A stretch of DNA of 64,000 bases from an uncultured Pseudomonadota bacterium (GTDB lineage Bacteria; Myxococcota_A; Polyangia; Fen-1088): NCBI GenBank assembly GCA_963847705.1, contig CAWKBC010000027.1:704001-768000 (forward strand). Direction: 5' to 3'. The translations under genes were made by a program, and so were the position numbers. The first letter of the stretch is position 1, and the number at the start of each line of letters is the position of its first letter. Of this stretch, positions 35,398 to 44,711 are shown piece by piece. The notes under the pieces were generated by a model that saw only the letters and a program-made list of their open reading frames with translations, ran no database searches and was not told the origin of the DNA.

Positions 35398-38300
35398 CAG
35401 GCGTGGCTCCCGGAGTGCGCTGGCGCCTCGAGACCTTCTCGTTCCTCGCTCAAGAACTTCTGCTCCATCACGTGCTTGCTCGGCAGCTTGACCCGCAGGG
35501 TCGCATATACCACGGGGACCACGAACAGCGTGGCGACGGTGGCCATGCCGAGGCCGCCGATGACGGCGCGGCCGAGGGGCGCGTTCTGCTCGCCCGCCTC
35601 GCCCAGGCCGAGCGCCATCGGGATCATGCCGATGATCATCGCCAGCGCGGTCATGATGACCGGCCGCAGCCGGGTCCGCCCCGCCTCGAGCGCGGCCTCG
35701 AGCGGCGTGACGCCCTCCTTCTCCACGCGCATGTCGTTGGCGAAGTTGACGAGGAGGATGGAGTTCGAGACCGCGATGCCGACCGCCATGATGGCGCCCA
35801 TCAGCGACTCGACGTTGATGGTGGTGTGGGTCAGCACCAGCATCCAGAGGATGCCGACCAGCGCGCCCGGCACCGCCACCATGATGATGAATGGGTCGAG
35901 CCAGGACTGAAACAGGATGACCATCAGGCAGTAGACGAGCAGCGCGGCCAGGATGAGGCCGAGGCCCAGCATCCGGAAGGACTGGTTCATCACCTGGTTC
36001 TGCCCGCGCAGGGTGACCTTCACGCCGGGGGGGAGCTTGCCGAGGGCGTCGATCTTCTTCTGGATGTCCGCGGCGACGTTGCCGAGGTCGCGCCCCTCGA
36101 CGTTGGCGCCGACGTCGATCACCCGCTGGACGGTGTAGTGGTTGATCTGCTCGGGGCTGCCGCCGGGTGAGACCGAGGCGATGCCGCTCAGCATCTGGGT
36201 CGGCGCCTCGGGGACCGCCGCGGGCCCGGGGCCGGCGGAGTTGCTGTCGATCGGCACGCCGGTGGTGAGCGGCGTGGCCATCACCTGGTCGACCGAGGCC
36301 AGCTGCGGCAGCGGCGTCTTGACGACCACCGTGTAGTTCACGTTGTTGTGCGGGTTCAGGAAGTAGGACGGCGCGACCAGGCCGCTCGACGACAGGGAGA
36401 CCAGCAGGTTGTTGGCCACGTCGCGCTGGGCGATTCCGGCCTGCGCCGCCCGCAGCCGATCGACGTTGACCGTCAACGCCGGGTAGTCGATCACCTGCAC
36501 GATGTGCGCATCGCTGGTGCCGGCGACCTCGGCGACGCCGTCACGCAGCCGGCGGGCGATGTCGTAGCCCTTCTGGAGGTCCGCCGCCTCGACCTGCAGA
36601 TCGATGGGCGACGACAGCCCGAAGTTGAGCACCTGGCTGACGATGTCGGCCGGCTGGAAGTAGGCGCTGGCGCCAGGGAAGTCGTGGGTCAGCATGGCCC
36701 GGATCCGGCGCATGTACCCGGCGGTGGGAGCATGCTCGGGCTTGAGCGCGATCAGGATCTCCGCGTCCATCGCGCTGACGTTGTCCGTCTGCACGAAGGC
36801 CAGGTTGTAGGAGATCGGGATGCCGATCATCGCGTTGATGGTCTCGATCTCCTGCTTCGGAACGATGGCGCGGATGCCGTTCTCCACCTGGGTCACCAGC
36901 TCTTCGGTCCGCTCGATGCGTGAGCCGACCGGGGCCCGGAAGTGCAGCTTCATGAGCCCGGCGTCGACCGACGGGAAAAAGTCGGTGCCGACCACGAACA
37001 CCAGGCCCAGGCTGGCGAGGGCGATGGCGGCGGCGGCGGCGATGGTGAAGCGCCGGTGGTGCAGGGCAGCCTCGAGGACGGCGGCGTAGCGGTCCTGAAA
37101 ACGCTCGAACTTCGCGTCGCGCCAGCGGTTGAACCGGACGGCGATCCGCTTCCATCCGCCGGCGGGCAGCGCGGCGCCAGGCTCGTCGTGGTGCTCGCTG
37201 TGCATGAGCATGCGCGCCAGGGCCGGGACCAGCGTCCGCGACAGGAGGTAGGAGGCCAGCATGGCCAGCACCACCGAGATGGCGAGCGGGGTGAACAGGA
37301 AGCGGGCCGGCCCGACCAGCAGCACGACCGGGAAGAACACGATGCAGATCGACAGGGTCGCCACGATGGCCGGCACCGCGATCTGCGAGGCGCCATCGAG
37401 GATGGCGCGGGTGAGGGGCTTGCCCATGGTGCGGTTGCGGTGGATGTTCTCCACCTCGACGGTGGCGTCGTCGACGAGCATCCCGATGGCCAGCGCCAGG
37501 CCTCCCAGCGTCATGATGTTGATGGTGTGGCCGTAGAGGTTCAGCCCCACGATCGCCGAGAAGATGGCCAGCGGGATGGAGGTGCAGACGATCACCATGC
37601 TGCGCCAGCTGCCCAGGAAAAGGCCGACCATCAGCGAGACCAGCAGCGAGGAGATGATCGCTTCGCGCACGACGCCGCCGATGGCGCCCCGCACGAACAC
37701 CGACTGGTCGAAGTCGATCTTCAGCTCGAGGCCGTTGGGCGCCGCCGCCTTGATCTGGGGCAGGACGTCGCGCACGGCGTCCACCACCGCCAGGGTCGAG
37801 GCGTCGGAGTGCTTGAGAATGGCCAGGTAGGTGGCGCGGCGCCCGTTGACGCGCACGATGTTGGTCTGGTCGGCGAAGGCGTCCGAGACGCGGGCCACGT
37901 CGCCCAGCAGCACCGGCGCGCCCTCGACGATCTTCACCGGGATGTTGGCGAACTCGGCCACCTCGTTGGGGCTCGAGTTCATGAGGATGTTGTACTCGCG
38001 GCCGCCGATGCGGGCGGTCCCGGCCGGCAGGATGACGTTCTCGCTGTTGAGCGCGTTGACCACGTCGTAGGGGGACAGACCCTTGGCGGAGAGCTGGCGC
38101 GGGTCGATGTCGACGTTGATCTGCCGCTGCTTGCCGCCGAAGGGCGCCGGCGTCGAGAGGCCGGGGATGGTGAAGAGCTTCACCCGGATGAAGTTGAGCC
38201 CGTAGTCGAAGATCTGCTGCTCGGGAAGCGTCTCGCTGGAGATGGTGAGCTGAGAGACCGGCACGTTGGAGGCGTTGAACTGGATGACCGTGGGCGGTGT

Positions 38301-38672
38301 CATTCCCGGCGGAGCGATGCGCAGGATCGTACTGGAGACGGATGAGATTTGAGCAATGGCTGCACCTATTTCGGTGCCAGGCTGAAAGTAAATCCTCAGG
38401 ATTCCGATGCCCGGGATCGACTGCGATTCGATCCGCTCGATGCCGTTCACCGTCGTCGAGAAGGCACGCTCGCTGATGAGGACGACCCGGCGCTCCATGT
38501 CCTGGGCGGAGAGGCCCGGGTAGTTCCAGACCACCGCCACGACCGGGATGTCGATGGCCGGGAAGATATCGACCACCATGCGGGTGAGCGAGAGGATCCC
38601 CATCACGAGGATCAGGCCGCACATCACGGCGACGGTGTACGGGCGCCGCAGCGCCAGTCGAACTATCCACAT
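35397..38672 (-). CDS. RND efflux transporter permease (AcrB/AcrD/AcrF family)
   Basis: MWIVRLALRRP, GMLVDDATVEVENI, RLRPVIMT and LGRAVIGGL; 1091 aa. Confidence 0.96.
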   Translation of the reverse strand: MWIVRLALRRPYTVAVMCGLILVMGILSLTRMVVDIFPAIDIPVVAVVWNYPGLSAQDMERRVVLISERAFSTTVNGIERIESQSIPGIGILRIYFQPGTEIGAAIAQISSVSSTILRIAPPGMTPPTVIQFNASNVPVSQLTISSETLPEQQIFDYGLNFIRVKLFTIPGLSTPAPFGGKQRQINVDIDPRQLSAKGLSPYDVVNALNSENVILPAGTARIGGREYNILMNSSPNEVAEFANIPVKIVEGAPVLLGDVARVSDAFADQTNIVRVNGRRATYLAILKHSDASTLAVVDAVRDVLPQIKAAAPNGLELKIDFDQSVFVRGAIGGVVREAIISSLLVSLMVGLFLGSWRSMVIVCTSIPLAIFSAIVGLNLYGHTINIMTLGGLALAIGMLVDDATVEVENIHRNRTMGKPLTRAILDGASQIAVPAIVATLSICIVFFPVVLLVGPARFLFTPLAISVVLAMLASYLLSRTLVPALARMLMHSEHHDEPGAALPAGGWKRIAVRFNRWRDAKFERFQDRYAAVLEAALHHRRFTIAAAAAIALASLGLVFVVGTDFFPSVDAGLMKLHFRAPVGSRIERTEELVTQVENGIRAIVPKQEIETINAMIGIPISYNLAFVQTDNVSAMDAEILIALKPEHAPTAGYMRRIRAMLTHDFPGASAYFQPADIVSQVLNFGLSSPIDLQVEAADLQKGYDIARRLRDGVAEVAGTSDAHIVQVIDYPALTVNVDRLRAAQAGIAQRDVANNLLVSLSSSGLVAPSYFLNPHNNVNYTVVVKTPLPQLASVDQVMATPLTTGVPIDSNSAGPGPAAVPEAPTQMLSGIASVSPGGSPEQINHYTVQRVIDVGANVEGRDLGNVAADIQKKIDALGKLPPGVKVTLRGQNQVMNQSFRMLGLGLILAALLVYCLMVILFQSWLDPFIIMVAVPGALVGILWMLVLTHTTINVESLMGAIMAVGIAVSNSILLVNFANDMRVEKEGVTPLEAALEAGRTRLRPVIMTALAMIIGMIPMALGLGEAGEQNAPLGRAVIGGLGMATVATLFVVPVVYATLRVKLPSKHVMEQKFLSEEREGLEAPAHSGSHA

Positions 38673-38693
38673 CGAACGTACAAGCTCGCCCGG

Positions 38694-38721
38694 AATCTAT
38701 TCGACGAACCAGGATCGTCAA
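38694..38721 (-). promoter_or_regulatory. Putative sigma70-type promoter of the RND operon
   Basis: The minus strand reads TTGACG-N16-TAGATT. Confidence 0.4.
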
Positions 38722-38751
38722 GCAAGAACCCGCGAGGGTTCCGCGGGCCGG

Positions 38752-39402
38752 CTATCGCCCCGAGGTGGCGGTGGTGAAGAGGACGGGGGCGCCGGTGGCG
38801 GCCAGGATCTGCTCGCGGACCACCCCCTCGGCGCGGGCCACGCAGACGAAGCAGTCGCCGCCGACGTCGAAGATCCCGAGGTCGGTGATCACCCGGCTCA
38901 CGCAGCCGAGGGCCGTCGCGGGGAGCGTCAGCCGGTTGACCAGCTTGCTGGCGCCGTCCTTCGAGGCATGGTTCTGGAGCACCACCAGCCGACGGGCGCC
39001 GGCGGCCAGATCCATCGCGCCGCCCATCCCGGTGATGAGGCGTCCGGGAACGGTCCAGTTGGCCAGATCGCCGTTGCAGGCGACCTCCAACCCTCCCAGG
39101 ATGGCCAGGTCGACGTGGCCACCTCGAATCATCCCGAACGACAGCGCCGAGTCGAACATGCTCGCGCCGGGGAGCGCGGTCACCGTCTCCTTGCCGGCGT
39201 TGATGAGGCGCGCGTCGACCTCGTCCTCGTGGGGGTAGGGTCCCATGCCGAGGAGGCCGTTCTCCGACTGCAGCGTCACGTTGGCCGCCGGGTCGATGTG
39301 GTTGGCCACCTCGGTCGGCATCCCGATCCCCAGGTTGACGATCTGCCCGGGCGCGACCTCGGCGGCGGCGCGCCGGACCATCTGCTCGCGCGTCCAGCTC
39401 AC
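38752..39402 (-). CDS. 3-oxoacid CoA-transferase subunit B
   Basis: VNLGIGMPT, catalytic LQSENG, MIRGGHVD and GMGGAMDL. Confidence 0.95.
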   Translation of the reverse strand: MSWTREQMVRRAAAEVAPGQIVNLGIGMPTEVANHIDPAANVTLQSENGLLGMGPYPHEDEVDARLINAGKETVTALPGASMFDSALSFGMIRGGHVDLAILGGLEVACNGDLANWTVPGRLITGMGGAMDLAAGARRLVVLQNHASKDGASKLVNRLTLPATALGCVSRVITDLGIFDVGGDCFVCVARAEGVVREQILAATGAPVLFTTATSGR

Positions 39403-39570
39403 GCGCGTGCCTCCGTTGTCTCGGCCGCGCTCACGCGCGTGCCTCCGTTGTCTCGGCCGCGCTCACGCGCGTGCCTCCGTTGCTCTCGGCCGCGCTCACG
39501 CGCGTGCCTCCGTCGTCTCGGCCGCGCTCACGCGCGTGCCTCTGTTGCTTTCGGCCGCGCTCACGCGCGT
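39397..39570 (-). repeat. Tandem repeat of five 32/33-bp units, each containing an RBS-like motif and GTGA, encoding three coupled mini-ORFs
   Basis: The minus-strand unit is GCGGCCGAGACAACGGAGGCACGCGCGTGAGC. On the plus strand TCAC recurs at 39399, 39431, 39463, 39496, 39528 and 39561. Confidence 0.9.
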
Positions 39571-40331
39571 CCTTTGCGCGTGCGGGTCGCCTCGGTGAGG
39601 CGCTGGCCCGAGCCGCGCGCGCGGGTGGTCCGGTGCTCGATGACGTCGCGGTGCTCGGGGACCTCGACGATCCGCTTCACGTAGAGGCCCGGCAGGTGCA
39701 CGTCGTCGGGATCGATGACGCCGGTGGGGACCACCCGATCCGCCTCGACGACGGTCACCTTGGCCGCGGTGGCCATCAGCGGGTTGAAGTTGCGGGCCGT
39801 CCGGTAGAAGCGCAGGTTGCCGAAACGATCGGAGACGGCCGCCCGGACGATGGCCAGATCGGCCCGCAGCGGCCGCTCGAACAGGTATTTGCGCCCGTCG
39901 ATCTCGCGCACCTCTTTCCCCTCGGCGACCACGGTCCCCACGCCGGTCGGGGTGTAGAACCCGGCGATGCCGGCGCCGCCGGCGCGGATCCGCTCGGCGA
40001 ACGTTCCTTGCGGCACCAGCTCGACCTTCACCTTGCCCGAGAGATACTGCTCGGCGAGATCGGGGTTTCCGCCCACGAAGCTGCAGATGACCCGGGTGAC
40101 CTGGCGGTTCTGCAAGAGCACCGCCAGCCCTTGCCCCTGATTGCCGCAGTTGTTGCTGACGATGGTGAGGTTCCGGACACCGCTGCCGGCGATGGCCTCG
40201 ATGCAGGCCTCGGCGTTGCCGCACAGCCCGAAGCCGCCCGACATGATCGTCATCCCGTCGTGCAGGAGTCCGGTCAGGGCTTCGCTGACGCTGGCGTAGA
40301 GCTTGTCGCCGGGCACCCTCGAATCGCTCAC
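39561..40331 (-). CDS. 3-oxoacid CoA-transferase subunit A
   Basis: GGFGLCG, SNNCG, PQGTFAERIRAGGAGI and TARNFNP. Confidence 0.95.
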   Translation of the reverse strand: MSDSRVPGDKLYASVSEALTGLLHDGMTIMSGGFGLCGNAEACIEAIAGSGVRNLTIVSNNCGNQGQGLAVLLQNRQVTRVICSFVGGNPDLAEQYLSGKVKVELVPQGTFAERIRAGGAGIAGFYTPTGVGTVVAEGKEVREIDGRKYLFERPLRADLAIVRAAVSDRFGNLRFYRTARNFNPLMATAAKVTVVEADRVVPTGVIDPDDVHLPGLYVKRIVEVPEHRDVIEHRTTRARGSGQRLTEATRTRKGRA

Positions 40332-41629
40332 GCCAGCGCCTCGTCGAGGGCGCGCCCGAGATCGCCCAGGGCGGCGTCGAGCTCCGCTTCGCTCACCACC
40401 AGGGGCGGGGCCAGGTAGAGCAGGTTCTCGCGCTTGTGCATGTGCAGGCGGTGTTTGCGCAAGGAGGCGCTCAGCTTTGCCATGACAGAGGCCGGCAGCG
40501 GGATCTTCGTGCGCGCCTCCCCTGGACCCGGGGCGCAGAGCTCGAACGCCCAGAGCAGGCCGAGTCCGCGCGTCTCGGCGACGTAGGGGCGGTCCCGCGC
40601 GAAGTCGGCCAGGCGGCCGGCCAGGAACGTCCCCAGCGCCGCCGCCCGCTCGACCAGCTTTTCGTCCCGCAGGGTCTCGATGGCGGCCACGATCGCCTCG
40701 CAGACCAGCGGATGGGCGTAGCCGGTGAGCCCGCAGACCAGCACGTGGTCGTCGAAGTGGCGCGCGATCCGGTCGGTGACGATGACCGCGCCGCCTGGGG
40801 CGTAGCCGCCGGTGAGCCCTTTGGCCATGGTGAGGAGATCGGGCGTGACGCCGTCGTGGTCGACGGCGAACCAGCGGCCGGTGCGACCGAATCCGGAGAG
40901 CACTTCATCGGCGATGAGCAGGATGCCGTACCGGTCACAGATCGCGCGAATTTTTTTCCAGTAGCCTGCCGGCGGTACGAAGACGCCGTTGGCCCCCACG
41001 ATCCCCTCGAGGATCACCGCGGCGACGGTGTCGGGACCTTCGCGCAGGAGCGCCGTCTCCAGATCCTGGGCGCACTCGTGCGCGCAGGACGACGGCTCTT
41101 TGCCGAACGGACAGCGGAAGCAGTAAGGGTCGCCCATGCGGACCACGCCGGGAAGGCCGGGCTCGAACGGCTCGCGGCGCGGATCGCCCGAGAGCGAGAG
41201 CATTGCAAGAGTCGCCCCGTGATAGCTGCGGGTGCGGGCGACGATCTTGTTCCGGCCGGTGAAGAGCCGAGCCATCTTGACGGCGTTCTCGTTGGCCTCG
41301 GCGCCCGAAAGACAGAAGAAGGTCTTCTCGAGTCCCTGGGGCGTCACCTCCGCCAGCAGCTCGCCCGCGCGTGCCTTGGCCGGGAAGACCGCCGTCGGAT
41401 AGACAAGGAGGCCCCGCCCGGCCGCCTCGGCGAGCGCCTTCTTCATCCGGGGGTGGCCATGCCCGAGGGGGGCATTCCAGGTCATGCTGCCGAGGTCCCA
41501 CCACACGCCGCCGTCGGCGGTGGTGAAGCGCGCGCCCTGGCCGCCCACGATCTCCAGCGGGACGGCGCTCGCCTGGGCGGTCCAGGTGTAAAAAACGCGC
41601 GCGGCTTGCTCGTCGCTGAGTGCGCTCAT
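40328..41629 (-). CDS. Class III PLP-dependent aminotransferase (omega-amino acid type)
   Basis: The true start is MSALSDEQ (ATGA overlap). Motifs SGAEANENA, SYHG, DEVLSGFGRTG and AKGLTGGY. Confidence 0.9.
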   Translation of the reverse strand: MSALSDEQAARVFYTWTAQASAVPLEIVGGQGARFTTADGGVWWDLGSMTWNAPLGHGHPRMKKALAEAAGRGLLVYPTAVFPAKARAGELLAEVTPQGLEKTFFCLSGAEANENAVKMARLFTGRNKIVARTRSYHGATLAMLSLSGDPRREPFEPGLPGVVRMGDPYCFRCPFGKEPSSCAHECAQDLETALLREGPDTVAAVILEGIVGANGVFVPPAGYWKKIRAICDRYGILLIADEVLSGFGRTGRWFAVDHDGVTPDLLTMAKGLTGGYAPGGAVIVTDRIARHFDDHVLVCGLTGYAHPLVCEAIVAAIETLRDEKLVERAAALGTFLAGRLADFARDRPYVAETRGLGLLWAFELCAPGPGEARTKIPLPASVMAKLSASLRKHRLHMHKRENLLYLAPPLVVSEAELDAALGDLGRALDEALA

Positions 41630-42942
41630 GCCCCTCGGCTGGTCTGCGCGTCGGCGACCGCCTTGGCGAACAGCTGGGCGGTGACTGCGGCCTGCGCCTC
41701 GGTCAGGATCAGCGGCGGCGAGATCCGGATCGCCTTCTTGCCGCACTCGAGGACGATGAGGCCGCGCCGGAAGCAGAGCTGGGCGACCGCCTCGCTGAGC
41801 TCGTGCGACCCGAGCTCGATGCCGATCATGAGGCCGACCCCGCGCACCTCGGTGACACCGGGGACGCCAGCGAGGGCGTCGATCAGCAGCTGCTTGAGGC
41901 GCGCGCCGACCCGCGCCGAGTTCGCCACCAGGCTCCCCTCGAGCAGGTGGATGGTGGCCAGGCCCGCCGCGATCGCCACCGGGTTGCCGGCGATGGTCGA
42001 GCCATGACTGCCGGGCGGCCAGGTCATGATCTCGCGCGGCGCCATCATCGCCCCGAGCGGCATCCCCGAGGCGATCCCCTTGGCCACCAGCAGGATGTCG
42101 GGGACGACGCCGGTGTGCTCGGCGGCGAACATCTTGCCGGTGCGTCCCATGCCGCTTTGCACCTCGTCGAACACCAGCAAGATGCCGTGCAGATCGCAGA
42201 GCGCCCGCAGCCCCGCCAAAAACCCTTCCGGGGGGACGATGTAGCCCCCTTCGCCCAGCACCGGCTCCACGACGATGGCCGCGATGTCCTCGGCGGGGGC
42301 CACCGTGGCGAACAGCTCGACGACGCTCTCGAGATCGCCGTAGGCGGCGTGAAAGACGTTGGGCAGGAGCGGGCCGAAGCCGCGCCGGTACTTCGACTTG
42401 CTGGCGGTGAGCGACAGCGAGCCGAGCGTCCGGCCGTGAAAGCCGCCGCGAAAGGCGACGATCCCGGGCCGTTGCGTGTGGTGCCGGGCCAGCTTGAGCG
42501 CCGCCTCCACCGCCTCGGTCCCGGAGTTGGTGAGGAAGGTCTGCCAGTGGTGGGCGTTGGGGCCGATCCGCTGCGCCAGCGCCCCCAGCTTCTCGCAGAT
42601 CTCGCCGTACCCCGGATAATGAAAGTCGGTGCCGCAGATGTGGATCAGCACCTCGGCCTGCGCGGCCATGGCCGCCGCCACCGCCGGGTGGCAGTGTCCG
42701 GTCGAGGCCGTCGCCACGCCGGCCTCGACGTCGAGGAAGACGTTGCCGTCGACGTCCTCGACCATGCAGCCCGACGCGCGCCGCACCATCAGCGGGTAGC
42801 AGTGGATGAGAGACGGCGAGAGATGGGGGAGGGCGCGCGCGATCATCTCCGTGGCGCGCGGGCCGGGCGGCTCGGTGACGATGGTGATCGGCTGCGCCGC
42901 CAGCGCGTCGAGCGCCGCCCGCGCGGCGGCATGGGCATTCAC
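41626..42942 (-). CDS. Class III aminotransferase (4-aminobutyrate/ornithine aminotransferase-like)
   Basis: The GTG start overlaps the ALDH stop. Motifs NSGTEAVEAA, FHGRT, EPVLGEGG, DEVQSGMGRTG and AKGIASG. Confidence 0.92.
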   Translation of the reverse strand: MNAHAAARAALDALAAQPITIVTEPPGPRATEMIARALPHLSPSLIHCYPLMVRRASGCMVEDVDGNVFLDVEAGVATASTGHCHPAVAAAMAAQAEVLIHICGTDFHYPGYGEICEKLGALAQRIGPNAHHWQTFLTNSGTEAVEAALKLARHHTQRPGIVAFRGGFHGRTLGSLSLTASKSKYRRGFGPLLPNVFHAAYGDLESVVELFATVAPAEDIAAIVVEPVLGEGGYIVPPEGFLAGLRALCDLHGILLVFDEVQSGMGRTGKMFAAEHTGVVPDILLVAKGIASGMPLGAMMAPREIMTWPPGSHGSTIAGNPVAIAAGLATIHLLEGSLVANSARVGARLKQLLIDALAGVPGVTEVRGVGLMIGIELGSHELSEAVAQLCFRRGLIVLECGKKAIRISPPLILTEAQAAVTAQLFAKAVADAQTSRGA

Positions 42943-44513
42943 TGGCACACCGTCCGGCTCTGCTCGCGCATGTAGCAGGGGACTGTGTAGAGGCCGCCGA
43001 TGTTCTTGCCGGTCGAGCCGCTCCCCTTCCAGCCACCGAACGGCTGGACGCCCGGCCAGGCCCCGGTGGTGGCGCCCGCCGCGCGGTTCACGTAGGTGAC
43101 GCCCGCCTCGATGCGGTCGAAGAAGGTGTCGATCTCCTTCTGCTCGCGCGAGAAGAGCCCGGCGGTGAGGCCGAACTTGGTGTCGTTGGCCCGCGCCAGC
43201 GCTTCGTCGAGGCTGTCGACGGTCTCGACCGCGACGATCGGGACGAACAGCTCCTCGCGCAACAGTTGATGGTCGCGCGGCAGCCCGGCCAGCACGGTCG
43301 GCCGGACGAAGTAGCCGTGCGCCCGTGCGCCGTCGGTCAGCACCGCGCCGCCGGCGCGGACCACGTCGCCCGCCTGGCGCGCGATCGCCACGTACCGCTG
43401 GTAGTCCTGGTAGGACTGCTTCGTCGCCACCGGCCCGACGAACACGCCCTTGTCGAGCGGATTGGCCGGGACGACGGCGTCGGCGGCGCGGGCCAGGCCG
43501 GCCAGGAGCTCGCCGGCGACGGCCCGGTGGACGTAGACCCGCGAGCAGGCGGAGCACTTGTGGCCGTTCATCCCAAAGGCGGATCGAGAGATCCCCTGCA
43601 CGGCTTGAGCGACATCCGCGCTGGCCATGACCAGGGCGGGGTTCTTCCCCCCCATCTCGACGATGGCCGGCTTGGGGAACTCCTGGGCGAAGCGCTGGTA
43701 AAGGCGCTTGAAACCGACATCGTACGACCCGGTGAAGGTCACCCCGGCGACGTCGGGATGCTCGACCAGGCCGTCGCCGACGACGCGGCCGCTGCCGGGG
43801 AGGCAGGTCAGCGCCTCGGGCGGCACGCCCGCCGCGTGGAAGATCTCGGCCAGCTTCACCCCGGACAGCGGCGTCTCCGACGACGGCTTGCAGACGACGG
43901 TGTTGCCCGCCAGCAGCGCGGCCGCCACCGGCGCGCCCAGCAGCGCGTAGGGGAAGTTCCAGGGGGCGATCACCGCCCAGACCCCGTACGGCCGCAGCAC
44001 GCTGACGTTGCGGTCGGTCGGCGCCAGGCGATCCATCTCGCGGACGTACCCGTCGTTGGCGCGCATCTGGCCGGCGTAGTAGGCGAGCAGATCGGCGGTC
44101 TCCTCGATCTCGCCCAGGGCCTCCACGCGGTTCTTCCCCATCTCGAGGATCATCCAGACGCTGAGCTCGAACTTCCGCGCGCGCACGATCTCGGCGGCGC
44201 GCTCGATGATGGTGACCCGCTCTTGCCACGGGCGCCCGCTCCAGGCCGGGAAGGCCGCGCGCGCTGCCGCGATCGCGTCGCGAAGATCGCCCTCGCCGGC
44301 GGCCGCCACCCGCGCCACCACCACGCGCGCGTCGGCCGGGTTGCGGCTCTCGATCGCGCCTCCCTCGACTCCGGCGCGCGTCGCGCCCGCCACCCGCAGC
44401 GGCGCGAGGGCTCCCTCTGCCGCACGCGCGTCGGCGATCGCCGCGCTGAACCCGGCGTCGATGGCGGGATCGTCGGCCGAGAGGCTGACGTAGGTGACCT
44501 TGTTGGCGCTCAT
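42939..44513 (-). CDS. Aldehyde dehydrogenase (delta-1-pyrroline-5-carboxylate dehydrogenase-like)
   Basis: PWNFP, FTGS, EMGGKN, GHKCSACSR, EELFVP and VQPFGGWKGSG. Confidence 0.9.
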   Translation of the reverse strand: MSANKVTYVSLSADDPAIDAGFSAAIADARAAEGALAPLRVAGATRAGVEGGAIESRNPADARVVVARVAAAGEGDLRDAIAAARAAFPAWSGRPWQERVTIIERAAEIVRARKFELSVWMILEMGKNRVEALGEIEETADLLAYYAGQMRANDGYVREMDRLAPTDRNVSVLRPYGVWAVIAPWNFPYALLGAPVAAALLAGNTVVCKPSSETPLSGVKLAEIFHAAGVPPEALTCLPGSGRVVGDGLVEHPDVAGVTFTGSYDVGFKRLYQRFAQEFPKPAIVEMGGKNPALVMASADVAQAVQGISRSAFGMNGHKCSACSRVYVHRAVAGELLAGLARAADAVVPANPLDKGVFVGPVATKQSYQDYQRYVAIARQAGDVVRAGGAVLTDGARAHGYFVRPTVLAGLPRDHQLLREELFVPIVAVETVDSLDEALARANDTKFGLTAGLFSREQKEIDTFFDRIEAGVTYVNRAAGATTGAWPGVQPFGGWKGSGSTGKNIGGLYTVPCYMREQSRTVCQ

Positions 44514-44646
44514 GACTCGGTCCTCTGGGTTCGTTTCGGGACCGTCAAGGTCCCGCGCGCCGCGGCGAGGTTGGGTCGAGTCGCGCTCGACCTCTCGCAC
44601 GCGAACTACTTCATTAAGATAAACCAAGAACTGCCCCGCGACCGCG

Positions 44647-44675
44647 TTGACACCTCCAATTCGAATCCGTAGTCT
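44647..44675 (+). promoter_or_regulatory. Putative sigma70-type promoter of the HU gene
   Basis: TTGACA-N17-TAGTCT. Confidence 0.6.
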
Positions 44676-44711
44676 GGCCGCCCCCGTCAGCACGGGTTCT
44701 GGGAGAGACGA

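Noticed and set aside
39397-39570. 32-33 bp repeats of CRISPR-like length
   Set aside because: They are head-to-tail tandem copies without spacers, explained as a duplicated gene junction.
41630-44229. Apparent 902-aa and 867-aa aminotransferase fusions
   Set aside because: The extensions are off-frame Arg/Gly-rich reads over the upstream genes. The true starts are at the 4-bp overlaps (41629 and 42942).
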